Below are positions 52,507 through 64,000 of a stretch of DNA of 64,000 nt, one piece after another. Position 1 is the first letter of the stretch. The number at the start of each line of letters is the position of its first letter. The stretch comes from Octopus sinensis. Lineage: Eukaryota. Below the pieces are notes generated by a model, which saw only the letters and a program-made list of their open reading frames with translations, did no database searches and had not been told where the DNA came from. The stretch lies in the NCBI RefSeq assembly GCF_006345805.1, contig NC_042997.1:198090001-198154000 (forward strand), written 5' to 3'. A program made the position numbers and the translations under genes.

Positions 52507-52980
52507 AATATATATAACTCAAAGTAGACATTGTTTGGTCTTTATTATGTACTATGAGAAGTTTTACCCGCCGTATAGTAATATTTTGCGTTTTAATGCT
52601 CTAATAAATCTTTCTGCACCGTATTCACTGCTTTATTATTACAAAACCGAAATAATGGCATTACTAGATTTTCACTCAGCAGTTTAATAGCACGATGTTT
52701 CCAACTACGATTATGTTACAGGTAATAAAGCTGAAGTTATTCATATTTGATTGAACTACCTGTTGCCAATAATGACAGAATGTAGTCAGCAGAATGGACG
52801 GCCAACAGAGACAAGCAACAGATTAGGAATTGATAAAACGCTAGGTTTCAAATCTCAGGATTTGCCGGCGGGAATAGCAACGGCAGTTTGTCGGTTATAC
52901 AAATTTATATGAACAAATGTACACCCACACGTATATACACTCCTTTACACATACCTAGAGAGACACATTTACACACATAT

Positions 52981-53034
<54 letters not shown>

Positions 53035-53074
53035 TATATATCGTGGCTATCTGGTATATATGCTATATATATGA

Positions 53075-53325
53075 TGTGGCTATCTGGTAAGAAGCTTGCT
53101 TCACAACCACAGGGTTCTGGGTTCAGTGCCACTGAATTGTCTTCTATTGTAGCCTTGGGCCGACCAAAGCGTTGTGAGCTGCCTTTGTAGATGGAAAATG
53201 ATATATACATATACATTTGTGTGTGTGTATGTGTGTGTGCTAGTCCCCGACAAATAGTTGACAGTTTTGGTATGTTTACGTTACTGTAAATTAGCGGTTC
53301 GGCAAAAGACGGATAAAACAATTAT
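53075..53325 (+). mobile_element. Degraded SINE family A
   Basis: ctggtaagaagcttgctt...gggttcagtgcc...gccttgggccgaccaaagc...ttagcggttcggcaaaag. Confidence 0.7.
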
Positions 53326-53534
53326 CGTGATTTAACTGTTCTATGAATGTGTCACAACCCGAGGTTGAATGTGACTCGGAGTTAACGGTTTGACATTTTC
53401 ATCGCAACTCTATTGGGGTCGTTCGAATAAAATTCTCTTCAAGGCGGTGCCCCATCATGGACGTACACTAATGATGCGCAAAATCGTAAGAGATCAATGA
53501 TATACATGCATACATATATACATACATACATTTC

Positions 53535-53712
53535 CAGATTGCAAGTTCTGGTTTATATCTGTAATTATTGAACCCTGGGATATGTAACACAATGCTTAAC
53601 TACCAATCTTGAGAAATTAGGCTTCTCAAAACCAGAAAGGAGAAGGCTATTTCAAAGACTACAGATCCAATCCATCACTGGAACTGTAAAATTCTGTAAA
53701 ACTTTGCATTGT
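53535..53712 (+). mobile_element. C-terminal end of a restriction-like-endonuclease LINE (R2/R4/NeSL group)
   Basis: With a frameshift it reads FPDCKFWFISVII-GYVTQCLTTNLEKLGFSKPERRRLFQRLQIQSITGTVKFCKTL, resembling the PIIVGALG...LQ...GT..I terminus. Confidence 0.6.
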
Positions 53713-53929
53713 TTATCTTGATACGAGATCACTATGTCGTGCACATATGGTTGCGATGCATGTGCCTAGTGTACCCTTAGCAGACGGATAGTCATGATGG
53801 GTATATTGGGTTTCGTACATTTTATCTCAGTATCAGTTTGACGGCATGCACTGCTTTCCCACTTAATAATAATAATAATAATAATAATGATAATAATGTT
53901 AATAATAATAACAGAAATCCTGGAGAACG

Positions 53930-54447
53930 GAATTGACGGCAGAGGAGCAAGTACTAGAGGAGATGAAATACAAGAGAGAAACCTTCTAGAGGGACAGTGT
54001 GTCACCACTGATATTCGTGCTGGGAGAGATCCCCATCAATGAAATTCTACAGAAAACAAAGTTGCGGTATGATCTGGGGAGATGTAAGGGAAAACTAAAC
54101 TATTTGCTAGTCATGGACGACTTGAAGCTATTCGCAAAAAATGAGGCAGAACTGGGCAGCGTAGTCCAGTCTGTGCGGATTTTCTCTAGTGATGTCAAGA
54201 TGGAGTTTGGATTCTCAAAATGTACTACGATGGTGATGGGACGAGGATAGCTTTCCAGGACAGAAGACATGTGTGTCAAGTGGTGAAATGATAACCTCTG
54301 TCCAGCTATGAATACCTAAGAATACTTGAGGCAAATGGAATTAAATACAATGACATGAAGGAAAAGATAAAAAGAGAGTACCTGCAGCGAGTGAGAAAAA
54401 TATTGACTTCAAAGCTGAATGTTAGAAACATAATTTCGGCAATAAAC
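53930..54447 (+). mobile_element. R4/Dong-like reverse transcriptase fragment
   Basis: DSVSPLIFVLGEIP...KLNYLLVMDDLKLFAKNE...FSSDVKMEFGFSKC...YEYL..LE...MKEKIKREYLQRVRKILTSKLN (xMDD catalytic motif). Confidence 0.85.
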
Positions 54448-54638
54448 AAGAAATGGAAACAAAACCGAAAGATGATAATCAAAATAATGATAATAATAAT
54501 AATCTCTTCTGCTGGAAGCACAAGGCCTCAGATTTGTGGGGAGGGGACAGGTCGATTACATCGACCCCAGTGTTTCACTGGTACTTCATTTGTCGATCTA
54601 GAAAGGATAATAGGGAAAGTCGAACTCAGTGGAATAAC

Positions 54639-54692
<54 letters not shown>

Positions 54693-55694
54693 TTTTATTT
54701 ACTTGCCACAAGGGCGAAGGATGAAGAGGACAATACATAGACAGACATAAAGTGTGGAGGTTTACATATAATAATGAAATGATAAATATATAAAAAAAAA
54801 GTAAGTATACACGGTTATACTGAAAAAAAAAAGGATATATGCATAGCATACAAAGGTAGAAAAAAAAACGGCGAGTAGGATGATAGAAATGTGACCCTCC
54901 TGATACAAGAAGTCCTCTAGGAATAATCGAAGAACCCCACTGTCCCAGATTTCCCTGAAACACTAGGAACAGGCGCCCTCTCCAAATCCGTCTCTCCCAC
55001 TCACAGGTCTACACTTACAGAAGTACCATCCACTCTTGCCATTTTCGCAACTTTCACCCACATTCCAGTAAACTCAATCGAGGACAGCACTTCCTTCTCC
55101 ACTGTCAATAATAATAATAATAATAATAATACCAGTAATACAATTATATCAGTAATCAGTTCTTTTCGGCGTACAATGCCTGATAATTTCAGGAAGTCGG
55201 TAAGATGATGAGGTTGACCCTTAATGGTTGAGTGGTACTAATTTTTCAACGCTGAAGGATGAAAAGCAAGGCTGACCTCGGCAGAATCCGAACTCAGAAC
55301 ATAAAGATAGATGACATGTCGCCGTGACGATTCTTCCAGCTCATCACTTAATTAAAATAACCAAATCATCAACAATAATATCAACAACGAAACAGGAGGA
55401 AGAGGAGGAAGTGGAGAAAAACGAAAAAGAAAAAAACGAAAAGATGGTGATGAAGAAAATGAATGCAGTATCAGTTTGACAATGATCTTCTCTTTCAACC
55501 ACCAATAAATCCGTCCGACAAGATTCCATGCAGTTTCCCTCTTGTGTGAGTGTTTCACTCATAAATTACAGGTCAACTCGGGGCTACAGATGATGAAATT
55601 ATATTGCGCAATAATATCGAACACCGGACCACACGGCTTCCAAGCCACCTTCTTAACTATTCGGTCATTCTACGCCTTCGTACACACACACACA

Positions 55695-55748
<54 letters not shown>

Positions 55749-56481
55749 ATGAACATTTTCATTGAAATGATATTCATCCATCTGGAGATTGTTCCCTATG
55801 GCATGAAACGTAATGTGTTGAACGAGGTGAGTGCAATTGCAAATTCTAAGCAGTAAACTTCTGTCTGACCTCTTCTTTGGCAATTAGTTATCAAACTCTT
55901 CCAAGCGAACGTAATAGACTGGTCAGGCTAGTATATTGTTTATGCATCACTGATGAATGTACGCTTTCAGAAAACCTCGTATTTCATGCTCCAAGAACAA
56001 AAGTTTACATCAATATTTTATGTGTGTACTTTTTGTACATATATATATCTAATAAATATAGCTTACATGTGTATCGAGATGTACATGGAAATAGCATTTG
56101 CCGAAAGATCGAGATAAAAATGAACGGACGCAAGGACGAGTAAATGTTTTCGAGTTTGTGACACTAAAAAGCGTATAGTCGTATGTATAAGTGTAAAAAG
56201 GTTCATTTACCCATACGTATTGCATACAGGATCGAGCAGTGTTAATGTATACATACACATATATTTCGTAATGAGATAAAAAGCCAAGGCTGAGTAGATT
56301 TTAGGACATTTATAGATAGGTCTTACATACTATAGCATGTATTATGTTTAGATATATACGTGCAGAATATAAACATTCACACATGCATATGTGTATGTAT
56401 GTATATATTATATATAGGTGTGTGTGCGTGTTTATCGATACATGTATGTATTGTGCATACATGATTGTACGTATATATATA

Positions 56482-56740
56482 TCTCCGTGATCACCGTGAC
56501 CGACCAGACTATCAGATGTTGCTACACATCGCTGGTCACAATGCGCTTCGCATTGTTTTAGCCTTCAAATGACGCCACCCCGCTGGCTAAGCGAGCAGGC
56601 CAACAGAAGAAAGAGTGAGAGAAAGTTGTGGCGAAAGAGTACAGCAGGGTTCGCCACCACCACCCTGCCGGAGCCTCATGGAGCTTTTAGGATCCTACGA
56701 CGCGAGTCCGCTGCCCTAACCACTGGGCCATTGCGTCTCC
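56482..56740 (-). mobile_element. SINE family C (head + core 2 + tail 2)
   Basis: Head and core 2 are shared with 9394-9711; the tail (caatgcgaagcgcattgtgacc) is shared with about 45450-45530. Confidence 0.8.
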
Positions 56741-56769
56741 ACACGTATATATTAATACTCTATATTAAT

Positions 56770-57015
<246 letters not shown>

Positions 57016-57713
57016 TATATATTTATTCAGTTGTGTCCGGGGAGCTTCATTCTGTTTTCGTACCTTATAATTTAACACACTCACCGGTAAAATTTCCACT
57101 CATTTATTTATTTTTCTAAAATTTTCGTTGCGCCCTGCAGCCTCTTCAATTGTTGACTCTGTTCGTTATTCAAGCTGCGCTCTTTTCGTTTGTTTGTGCG
57201 CATGTGTGTGGGTCAATGTGTGTGCGCGCATACATATGTATGTATGAATGTATGTAAGTGTTTGTATGCATGCATGTATATGTATATGTGTTCGTTTGTA
57301 TGTATATATTCTGTATATTCGTGTTTGTGTGTTTTTGTGTGTGTGTCTTTGTGTGTGTGTGTGTGTGTGTGTATACCTCTGTCTCCTTGTGTCTGTGCAT
57401 GTCTGAATGTGTCTGTATATGTGTATGGATTTTGTGACTATGTACTGTGTATGGATATGTATCTCCATATGTGTGGACATGTATCCACATGTGCCCTTGT
57501 GTGAAGTGTGTGTGTGTATGGTCGATTTTTTTCAGTCTTCATTTGTGTATGTGTGTGTATGTCTCTTCATATAACCTATGAACCTATCCGTCTGTATATG
57601 CATAATTATATATAACATATGTATATATTATATATATATATATATCTATTATTGTTATTATTTCTTCTACTACTACTACTATAAATATATGTAGTATTGT
57701 ATGCATGTGTGTG

Positions 57714-57770
<57 letters not shown>

Positions 57771-57774
<4 letters not shown>

Positions 57775-57977
57775 AAAGATTACGAAAATAAACAAAAGGC
57801 GAAGGCAGGTGGAGTAGGAGTACAAACAAACAAATGTATTAGTATAGCGCTCAGGAATAGAAAATGTCTTTTACGTTTCGAGCCTACGCTCTTCGACAGA
57901 AAGATACACAGAAAAAAACAAGGAGAGAAACAAGGAGAGAAAAAAAATGCGTGTAGAAGCTAACGATCTATCATGGC

Positions 57978-57978
<1 letters not shown>
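57771..57978 (-). mobile_element. Short element flanked by (TA)n on both sides, carrying a hammerhead variant
   Basis: Architecture like 13200-13397 (pyrimidine-rich 5' part, ctgagcgct after the ribozyme) but a different family. Confidence 0.7.
57867..57904 (-). ncRNA. Minimal hammerhead ribozyme variant (CUGUCGA box)
   Basis: UCUUU-CUGUCGA-A-GAGC(GUAG)GCUC-GAAA-C-GUA-AAAGA: perfect 5-bp stem I, 4-bp stem II, GUA cleavage triplet, A6 replaced by U. Confidence 0.65.
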
Positions 57979-58009
<31 letters not shown>

Positions 58010-58949
58010 TTGTACCTAATATAGGATAAAATTTTTTCGAAAAAAATTTTGTCAATGGCCAGCATATTAAAAAATACCTTTAAAGGTTAAATTTATAATC
58101 AACTGTGATAAATTATATGGTTATGGATGATGTGTCTAGTTTCAGCATATTTGGCATCAGAAATCTTTTTTCTTTTGCCCTTGTTTATAAGTTGTATATA
58201 TACTTGTATATATAATTTTGTTTTGACTTTCTATAATATATACATAAATATATCGATGCAAAAGGCAGCTATAATTTGGTTTAATTTTCTAATACTGAAG
58301 CAAATACCATTTAAATGAACTGGCATTTCTTTGGACTTATAAAGTCATTAAATTTGCATATTCTTTAAAGCGAGTTAAGATCATTCGTATATGGTGCCTA
58401 TTATAGCATGCATCTAGAACCTAGAATAGTATTTTGACATATCACTTCGCTTTCACATCCTCCAGCAATGACCTTCATAATATTTCGAAACATTACTGCT
58501 GATATATAGCAGAACGTTCAAGAATTAATTAATATTTATATGCAATCCAATATCGTATTGATTGCAATTTATGTGATTCCTCATCCAAATCTACGTGAAA
58601 CTTTGTTTTCGCTAGATGAAATTTTGCATAAATGAAGAATCCAATAATCTTTGTAATGTGTCCCTCAGTCCTAGATTAATTCAACTCCCATGACTTTGGT
58701 ATTTGCTCAGCATCAATACATAATCATCTCATATTATCACTGTTTATCGGGTTTTAATGAAATTGTAACTGAAGCAACACAACACATGCAGATGAATAGA
58801 CAAGTTCGAGATAGCTTCAGTAACAATAAGATGAATTAAGGAAACCCCACTCCGTTAATATTAACTATAAATCTGAAATTTAATCTTTTATCATCTCCTT
58901 CCTCACTCAGTGAATGTTTATGGAGTTTGTGTGTTTAGTAAATATATTG

Positions 58950-59220
58950 AGCAACGAAAAGAGAGAACTGAAATATTTCGTGTACATAATTAGAAAACTG
59001 GTTAATGGAAACTTTTATAGAAACCAAAATAAGAGGGAAAATAGGAAGAGCAAAACTGACAATGAAGTTGATGAATAAAATCATGAATCGGACGGACTTA
59101 GAACAGGACGAATACATATGAACATAGCACAAGAGATGGTGATCCATGGTATTCTGAGAAGAGAAGATACCTCATGATGATGATGACGACAACGACGATG
59201 ATGATGACGACGATGATTAT
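58950..59220 (+). mobile_element. Old RTE LINE 3' end with (GAT/GAC)n tail
   Basis: KRELKYFVYIIRK...IETKIRGKIGR resembles the RKLxYFGHIxR...GKRxRGR end of RTE ORFs. Confidence 0.65.
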
Positions 59221-59309
59221 GAGGATGTATAATTTCGATGTTGGTTGAAAAAGCTTTTCCGAGGGATTGCATTTGATAATTTTCTTCTCTAATTAGAATT
59301 TTCATATTT

Positions 59310-59770
59310 TGCCAAGCCAAACTTTCTGAGCCTTCTTTGCTCGGACAATATCCTTATGCAACCGAAAAATCTCTACTCCATCTCTCCTCCATTTCGACGT
59401 CCTCAGTTTGTTCAGGAATTTATTCTGAATTTGGATGCAATAAAATCGGCATATTCATTTCTAATCACATCATCCGTAAAACACACTTGGCCTAGAGTTT
59501 TGCGAGTCCTCCCTGTTGTAGATTGCGGCAGGTTGCAAACAACTAGGCGACGATCAATTGGCAGCTTAGCTCCTCTCTTTGCACAAACGATCAGCACAGA
59601 ATCAAAGTGCTCTGAGACGATAACAAAATCTGTCAGCAACCTGTATCACTTAGTAACCCAGTATCCTGTATATCTATGAATATTACTGATTTTTGTGCTC
59701 GGGTAATTAACACCAAGTCGAAATCATTCAACGTGGGTCTTAACTGTGACCGACATGCGTATTGTCAACT
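59310..59770 (-). mobile_element. RTE-type APE endonuclease fragment
   Basis: DFVIVSEHFDSVLIVCAKRGAKLPIDRRLVVC matches IDFVIVS...VxVKRGAELSTDHxLVV; an upstream HRYT motif is present. Confidence 0.75.
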
Positions 59771-59805
59771 CTTTTCATAATTTTTATTAATTGGATTGAC
59801 ATATT

Positions 59806-61360
59806 ATCATCATCATCATTGTTCGACCGTGGTCGAGACAATGGAATTTACCATGTTGCGCCAGACTTCACGGTCCATCATAGCATTACGGAGGTCCTGT
59901 TGCTGGATGCCTGTATCCCTGGAGATTACATCAGGGTAGGAGAGTGTGCGCCATCTGGTGTTGCGAGTAGATGGCTTCCAGAGGAGAAGAGTAGAAATTA
60001 CTTCTTTTTCAGCTCTACAACAATGTCCAGCAAAGTGGACTCTCCTACCTTTCACAAGAGATGACACGGTGGTAATTTCCCATATATTTGCATTTTAGTT
60101 GGATGGCGCCTCCACGAGAGATTTTGAGCTCTCATAAGGAGGCGAGTGTAGGTTCCATCCAACCGCCTCTCAAGCTTCTTTGATAACGTCCAGGTTTCTG
60201 AGCCATATAGTAGGATTGGTTCGACTGTGGCTTTGAATATTTCAAGTTTGAAGTCTCTACTTAGATTTGATGACCAGATCTTATGCATGTCATTACAGGC
60301 TGACCAGGCCATACCCTTTCTAGTTAGAAAGTCTTTTCCAGATGATGATATGTATGACCCAAGATATTTATAATCAGAAACCATATTTAAAGGTGCACTG
60401 TTGAGAGTGTGGATGATGCAATCACTGTTGGACAGGCACTTGTTTATGTATTCAGTTTTGGTCTCATTGAGGTAAAGACCTACACAATTTGAGGCTTGTT
60501 CAAGAGATTGTAAGAGAGACTGGGCATTGGAGAGAGAATCACTGATAAGAGCGATGTCGTCAGCAAAGTCAGTGTCTGTCAAGTACTCAGCTGGGTGTCT
60601 GGAACTTCTTCTTGGTTTTATTTCAAAGCCCTTGCCAGAGATGGTATCAACTGACATACGTAGCACATAATCAACAACAATGATGAAAATAAATGGGGCG
60701 AGTGTGTCTCCCTGCAGTATTCCGGCCTCGATCGAGAAAGATGATGTTTCTCCATCAGGGGTTAAGATGGTTGAAGACGTATCTGTGTAGAGGACCTTGA
60801 TGGCAGAAATAATTTTGTCTGGTATCCCATAGGGCTTAAGGATTTCAAACATCTTGTACCTATCTACAGAATCGAACGCTTTAGAAAAGTCTACAAATAC
60901 CATTGCAAGATCGCGATTAAATGCTTTTGATTCTTCAATAAGTCTGCGCAGGCATAGTATCTGGCTCAGCGTTGAGCGCCCATGTCTGAATCCATTTTGG
61001 TTCTTTCGGAGCAAAGGTTCAACAAAAAGGACAAGACGATTTAGGATCAGTTTGTTGTACAGTTTTGCAGCAATTGACATTAGAGATATGCCCCTGTAGT
61101 TGGTGACGAGGGACAAATCGCCTTTTTTGGGTATTGGAATGATTTGAGATTGGTGCCAAATCTCTGGAGCGACAAAGGTGGAAAGTGTGTGGTTGCAGAG
61201 GTTAAGCAAAAGTGTGTGAAATCTATCATCCTTCCAAATCACAGCCGGAATGTTGTCGGGACCAAATGCTTTCGAGGCTTTTAGTTGCTTGGTGGCTGCT
61301 GTTAGTTCAAATATGGTAAAAGGGGAGGTGTTGATGTCCAGCGTGTCTGATATAGGCACC
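59806..61360 (-). mobile_element. Young 5'-truncated RTE-clade LINE
   Basis: 1.55 kb with an open RT ORF, one frameshift near 60065, a 3' hairpin tcgac-cacg-gtcga and a (GAT)n tail. Confidence 0.95.
60052..61359 (-). CDS. Non-LTR reverse transcriptase (RTE clade), N-truncated, C-terminus continues in 59816-60067
   Basis: PKKGDLSLVTNYRGISL, QNGFRHGRST, FVDFSKAFDSV, GILQGDTLAP, FADD, YKYLG and LLYGSETWT motifs. Confidence 0.95.
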   Translation of the reverse strand: MPISDTLDINTSPFTIFELTAATKQLKASKAFGPDNIPAVIWKDDRFHTLLLNLCNHTLSTFVAPEIWHQSQIIPIPKKGDLSLVTNYRGISLMSIAAKLYNKLILNRLVLFVEPLLRKNQNGFRHGRSTLSQILCLRRLIEESKAFNRDLAMVFVDFSKAFDSVDRYKMFEILKPYGIPDKIISAIKVLYTDTSSTILTPDGETSSFSIEAGILQGDTLAPFIFIIVVDYVLRMSVDTISGKGFEIKPRRSSRHPAEYLTDTDFADDIALISDSLSNAQSLLQSLEQASNCVGLYLNETKTEYINKCLSNSDCIIHTLNSAPLNMVSDYKYLGSYISSSGKDFLTRKGMAWSACNDMHKIWSSNLSRDFKLEIFKATVEPILLYGSETWTLSKKLERRLDGTYTRLLMRAQNLSWRRHPTKMQIYGKLPPCHLL

Positions 61361-61955
61361 AGAAAAATTTAAATTAAATTAACGATAGACAAAAGCATGT
61401 GCCTTCTCGCACATAAACACATTTATAGTTTCTCTCTGCTCGTACACGACTCTATTCACAAGTACTGTTCATAGTCGGCCCCTCCTTGATTTTTCTCCAA
61501 GTCAAGGTCAGTGTATGTTCGAAAGTTCTATCAACAATATAGCAGACATTTGAACTCTCTCTGACCGAACGTTCTTCCTCTCACCCTACGAAAGCAGTAG
61601 TTGCTGCTACATTGCTGCGGCTGCTGCCAGAACTTGCTGCTGCTGCTACATTGCTGCGGCTGCTGCCAGAACTTGCTGCTGCTGCTACTGCTGCTACAAT
61701 TAGAAACATACAAGTTTGAATGACATCGAGATGTTTCTCACCGTGTCTGAATTATACCGGTGACACCAATGAAAAATCCCTTTCTTTTTCTTTGTTGGGA
61801 GAAAAGAGAATCTACAGTAAAAACAAACTCTCAGCCCTCCCTCCAGGGTGTAAATTACTTTAAAAAGAAATACTTTAAAAGGGAAAAACGTGAGAAAAAT
61901 TTAAATTAAATTAACGATAGACAAAAGCATGTGCCTTCTCGCACATAAACACATT
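61361..61955. repeat. Exact 63-bp direct repeat (61361-61423 and 61893-61955)
   Basis: agaaaaatttaaattaaattaacgatagacaaaagcatgtgccttctcgcacataaacacatt occurs twice. Confidence 0.95.
61603..61688. repeat. 39-bp GCT-rich tandem repeat x2.2
   Basis: gctgctacattgctgcggctgctgccagaacttgctgct at 61603 and 61642. Confidence 0.95.
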
Positions 61956-62227
61956 ATTCACACTTATACAAACATACGCAGACGCAAATATTGAAGTACT
62001 AAATGGCTCTCCCCCACTTGTCCTTCCCATTAATGCCATTGCTCAACCAATTCTGAACGATCTTGTCAGGTCAGGTCTGTTGTATGCAGCATCGGATCCT
62101 ACTACTGGTAAACTGTAAACCAGTACATTGACATATACAGTCGTTATGTAAGTGGTAGTATAATACGTGGGTGTATAATCGGTCGATTGTTATATGCAGA
62201 CAACATGGGGCAGCTTGGTTCATCAGA

Positions 62228-62466
62228 AGGTGGTCTCTAGTAGAAACGTTAGCACGCCAGGCGAAATGCTCAACGGTATTTTGTCTGTCGTTACGTTCTG
62301 AGTTCAAATTCCGCCGAGGTCGACTTTGCCTTTCATCCTTTCGGAGTTGATTAAATAAGTACCAGTTACGCACTGGGGTCGATGTAATCGACTTAATCCG
62401 TTTGTCTGTCCTTGTTTCTCCCCTCTGTGTTTAGCCCCTTGTGGGTAGTAAAGAAATAGGTATTTC
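62228..62466 (+). mobile_element. SINE family B
   Basis: Same body as 41043-41278; ends aaagaaataggtatttc. Confidence 0.9.
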
Positions 62467-63624
62467 ATTTGCCGGGTGGGGGGGGATACCGCCCACTTTG
62501 GGAACCACTAGACGCTGGTAGGTCAATACTCGTTGACGTGAATCCACTCCTACCAGCTAAGAAGACATTACAGTAGTCAAATATTTAATGGCATCTAACC
62601 AAATATTTTCCGAATTTACTACAAACTCACAGGTTTTAAACAAATAACTTTGATCAACGAAAGATTGTGTGAAACGTATCTGTTGCCTGAAAGCTTTCAT
62701 TTATCAATTCGCCTAACATGGCAACTACCAGGCACCTTGCATCTGATAAATTGTGCAATAAAATTGGTAAGTTTACTGATTGAAGAATCTAATCAATATT
62801 TCGACAAATTTTGCCAAATTGTGAGGTATTGTTTTTCGCGAGATATAAAAGTGTTGATGTTTATCGGAATAAAGTATGTTTTGAATCACGGGAATGTACC
62901 GATAATATTTCTTTAGCATACGGCTACAACAAGCTCAATATCTCGATATGATATCGATATACTATATTTATTTGAAAGCTTATCAATTTCATATTCTTTT
63001 CCAGATTTTTTCCGTGTACTGAAAGATATTCTTCATCTATCTTCGGAGTAAAATTGCAGATATTTTACGACTTAGTTTGATTGTGAGTATAATATATAAT
63101 CATAATTACAAATTACCCATGTTCTTTTTCTGTGAATTATTAGTTATGAGGCAGTTGAAATGATAGAATGCATTACAATGTTTATTTGTGTCTTTCCGGG
63201 TTTCGTGTGCAAATATAATTAAATTCGACTATTATCACTCTGGTAGTGATAAATGATCCGCCCAAGTTTGTTCGGTTTTATATAAGATCGACTCGGTTAT
63301 AATGTGTTGGATTTGGCCAAAAACAGAAACATCAAACTGAAATTGGGATTTAATGTGAAATGTTATTCCTGCTACTGCGGAATATTACAGATGCTCGGAC
63401 ATTTATAAGTTTACTCGTTATTTTATTTTCCTTTGTTGGTTAGATGATTTGAGAAAAAGCACAAACAATGTGCAAGATTGCATAAAAGTATGTGAAGATG
63501 TGAAAAGGACATGAAACAATATTAATAATATTATTAATAATAATAACGCTCTTATGTAGTACCGGGCAGTGGCTCTCATGCCTTAGCATCTTAGCTGATT
63601 GGAAGTGTTATGTACATGTTTTGT

Positions 63625-64000
63625 TATAGTACAAAAGATGGACTACAGCAAAAATTCTCCTCGATATCACAGATTTGCTTGTCAGTTGTTTGACCTTCAC
63701 CGGTTGAGCATGTCCTTTGGTGGCTGACGATATGTGCATCTCTGATAACGGGTAGAAGTAGTGGGGGAGCATCATAACCATATGTTGAGAGGAATTCTTT
63801 GGGGTTTGAATAAGCTATCTCTGGAAACATGAGTGTTTTGTTCAACATCCTTAAATAACCCTTATTCAGGGACGTTTTGAGGAGGATGGGCTATTCGGCC
63901 TTTAGAAAATTCTAACTGGGCCCCACCTGCAAGGTCACGTGCTGTTTATCTTGATATAAGTCACCATGCCGCGCACATATGGTTGTGATGCATGTACCTC
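63625..64000. mobile_element. Dispersed non-coding repeat running off the window end
   Basis: tgtttatcttgat...catgccgcgcacatatggttgtgatgcatgt at the right end matches 53708-53770. Confidence 0.6.

Noticed and set aside
59356-61099. Plus-strand ORFs 59356-59679, 59762-60064 and 60854-61099
   Set aside because: Antisense shadows of RTE coding sequence.
61531-61713. Ser/Gln-rich ORF as a gene
   Set aside because: Explained by a 39-bp GCT-rich tandem repeat; no splice or homology support.

Overview
This is AT-rich, repeat-dense eukaryotic genomic DNA (intergenic or intronic). It is most likely from an octopod cephalopod; that is inferred from the look of the SINE and Penelope families, not from a database hit. 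I cannot confidently call any host protein-coding gene; there is one weak candidate exon at 38158-38287 (-). Most listed ORFs are translations of (TA)n/(CA)n/(AAT)n microsatellites. The window holds: (i) many tRNA-derived SINEs, provisionally called families A, B and C/D, several nested and several with target-site duplications (TSDs); (ii) LINE remnants of the RTE, CR1, R4/Dong-like and possibly Tx1 groups, including a young 5'-truncated RTE with a 435-aa open RT ORF; (iii) a Penelope-like GIY-YIG remnant; (iv) two internally deleted mariners and a pogo/Tigger-like MITE; (v) micro- and minisatellites and (TA)n-centred fold-back palindromes. The most interesting signal is four minimal hammerhead-ribozyme motifs (CUGANGA-A-stem II-GAAA-C/G-GUH) in ~200-240 bp elements sitting at (TA)n tracts. 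One is fused to a tRNA-like Pol III head, suggesting a Penelope-mobilised, ribozyme-carrying SINE/retrozyme system.
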